From contig CM059431.1 of NCBI GenBank assembly GCA_030390025.1, forward strand, positions 151,282,001 through 151,346,000: a stretch of DNA of 64,000 nt. Reading direction: 5' to 3'. A program made the translations under genes and the position numbers. Below are positions 61,732-64,000 of this stretch, piece after piece. Numbering within the stretch: position 1 is the stretch's first letter; the number at the start of each line of letters is the position of its first letter. A model generated the notes under the pieces. That model had not been told where the DNA came from. It saw only the letters and a program-made list of their open reading frames with translations, and made no database searches. Source of the DNA: Squalus acanthias. Taxonomy: Eukaryota.

Positions 61732-63473
61732 CTTTAATGGAAGTAAAAATCGGCAGGAATGAGTAACGGGGCAGGCGTTTCGCTATCGCCCGTTTCACAC
61801 TATCGCAAGAAGTTAATATTACCGGACTATCACTGAATTTAGTCTGGAACCAGTCCCCGGGATGGGAAATGCACCGGTGTGAATGCTGGGCTCACTGACT
61901 AGACTTGTACGGCAATAGTGTCTTGGTGACACGCTGGATATTTCCTGGCACCCGCGCTCTGTTAAGTAAGATAAGACACAGTGAGAGGGAAGGAGAGAAC
62001 AAAACAGCTCATTTTTCAATACTTTATCATTTGTAGTTTTGATATTATTAAAACGGGTAAACATTTTAAATGCACTGCCTGAAGGTAGATAAAGGTGAGA
62101 CTGAGTACAGTGAGTATTGCACAGTGACACCAGCAGAGGGAGATAGATAAAGGTGTGACTAAGTATTGTGATACAGAGAGACACCAGCAGCAACAGATAG
62201 CTAAATCTTAAACTAAGTGCAGTGAGTGATACAGAGAGACCAACATTTATTTTAATGCAATGTCCATTATCTTACAGTATATCAGGACACTGAACGTCAG
62301 GAAACTATTGGCCTGTTGCTTTTAATCAATCTCTACTAAAATTGTCGCTTCTGGTTATGTTTTTAAAGCTTTACAGCATCAGACGTTTGCAGATGCTACA
62401 AAAATTGGCCGTGTGGTTGATAATGAAGAAGAAAGCTGCAGAGTGCAGGAAGATATCAATGGACTGATCAGGTGGGCAGAACAGTGGCAAATGGAATTCA
62501 GTCTGGAGAAGTGTGAGATCATGCATTTGGGGAGGGCTAACAAGGCAAGGGAAACCAGTATAACTGGTAGGATACTGAGAAGTGCAGAAGATCAAAGTGA
62601 CTTTGGAGTGCATTTACACAGATTCCTGAACGATACTTGACTTTATTAATCGAGGCATAGAATATAATTGCAGGGAAATTGTGCTTGAACTGTCTAAGAC
62701 GCTAGTTAGACCTTAGCTAGAATACTGCGTGCAGTTCTGGTCACCACATTACAGGAAGGATGTGACTGCATTAGAGAGGGAGCAGAGGAGAATTACGAAG
62801 ATATTTGCTGAGCATAAACACCAGCACAGAGAATTAGGGCCGAATGGCCTGTGTCTGTTCTGTAGACTCGCTGTAAATCGATGATATGAAGTAAAGTTCG
62901 GAGCATTTTCCACTATATACAATCCACGAATGCTCACCCAAACTAACTGACTGGTTGTGAAACACTTTACAAAGTGATATGTTCAGATAACAGTAAGGAT
63001 TTTTTTCAAATATTGCCTGATCCGAAACTCCGCAAGCTGCAAGTGAGGAGTTGGAATAAAAACATTTGAGAGCGGAAAGGGAACTTTATGAAACATGACA
63101 GGAAGCAGCCACAAGGAAGAGTAATACAGACTAGCATCGACCAATAGAGAGAAAGACTTGTTTGAATCAATCAATCGATTTCCAATAGCTGCACTCAGAT
63201 TGTATCAAACAATGGAAGCAATCATTGACATTTCCCCTGAAATGTGATCTGATTTGGCGGCGTTTCAGGTAACTGACAATATGTTGTCACGCTTTGAAAA
63301 TGATTCATATTTTTATTCACATTTATATCGCTAAGAATCCTTCCCGGGGACAGTCCTATTACAATATGAAATACATTAGTCATCCTCACTTGAACAAACA
63401 GATTTAGACACCATCTGGTGTTGTTTTGATGTTATTAAAAAGTTTAAATACTTTCTATGCACTGTCTGAATGT

Positions 63474-63722
63474 AGATAAAGTTGAGACTGAGTACAGTGA
63501 GTGATACAAAGAGAAACCAGCGGAGGGAGATAGATAAAGGTGTGATTGTCGACAGAGAGTGATGCAAAGCGACACCAGCAGAGGGAGATAGATAAAGGTG
63601 TGGCTGAGTACTGTGATACAGAGAAAAACCAGCAGAGGGAGATAGTTAAATCTGAGACTGAGTACAGTGACTGATACAGAGAAACCAGCAGGAGGCGATA
63701 GATAAAGGTGCTATTGAGTACA
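63474..63722. repeat. 58/54-bp minisatellite
   Basis: Same unit as 59053-59298. Confidence 0.88.
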
Positions 63723-64000
63723 GTTTTCTGTTTGTAAAGTCCAATTGAGGCCGAAGCAGTGTTTTACAAAAGTTTAGCATAACATCCTGGCTTTGTACTC
63801 TATTCCTCTACTAATAAAGCTAAGGATCCCACATGCATTTTTAACAGCCTTCGAAACTTGTCCTGCCACCAGTAAAGATTTGTGTACATAAACTCCATGT
63901 CGGCCTTTATCTGAAGGCGGCTGAAATATAAAGGGGTGGATGTTATGTTACCGTATTACAAACATCTGGTTAAACCCCATTTAGATTACTGTATTGAGTT

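Overview
Vertebrate, repeat-saturated DNA with no recognisable host protein gene. The mix of CR1 LINEs, Deu-domain SINEs and Penelope elements suggests a cartilaginous fish (inference). The organising structure is a decayed tRNA-Lys(UUU) cluster. A cassette made of a ~280-bp 5' flank plus a tRNA recurs 11 times on the + strand. Ten of these slots still hold a pseudogene, and in one the tRNA is replaced by a Penelope fragment. Three more diverged tRNA-Lys copies lie on the - strand in convergent orientation. The spacers fall into three types (A, B, C) that were amplified by tandem, segmental and inverted duplication. They are filled with CR1 families (labelled CR1-A to CR1-D here; these are working labels), a second CR1/L2-group LINE, nested DeuSINEs and a 58-bp minisatellite. 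Highlights: a near full-length CR1 with an open ORF1 and 94-bp 5' monomers; four Penelope-type minimal hammerhead ribozyme motifs, three of them in tiny TSD-flanked non-coding insertions (131 bp and 402 bp); a 744-bp hairpin-rich MITE; and a ~3.3-kb-arm inverted duplication. Boundaries of decayed repeats are approximate and were read by eye.
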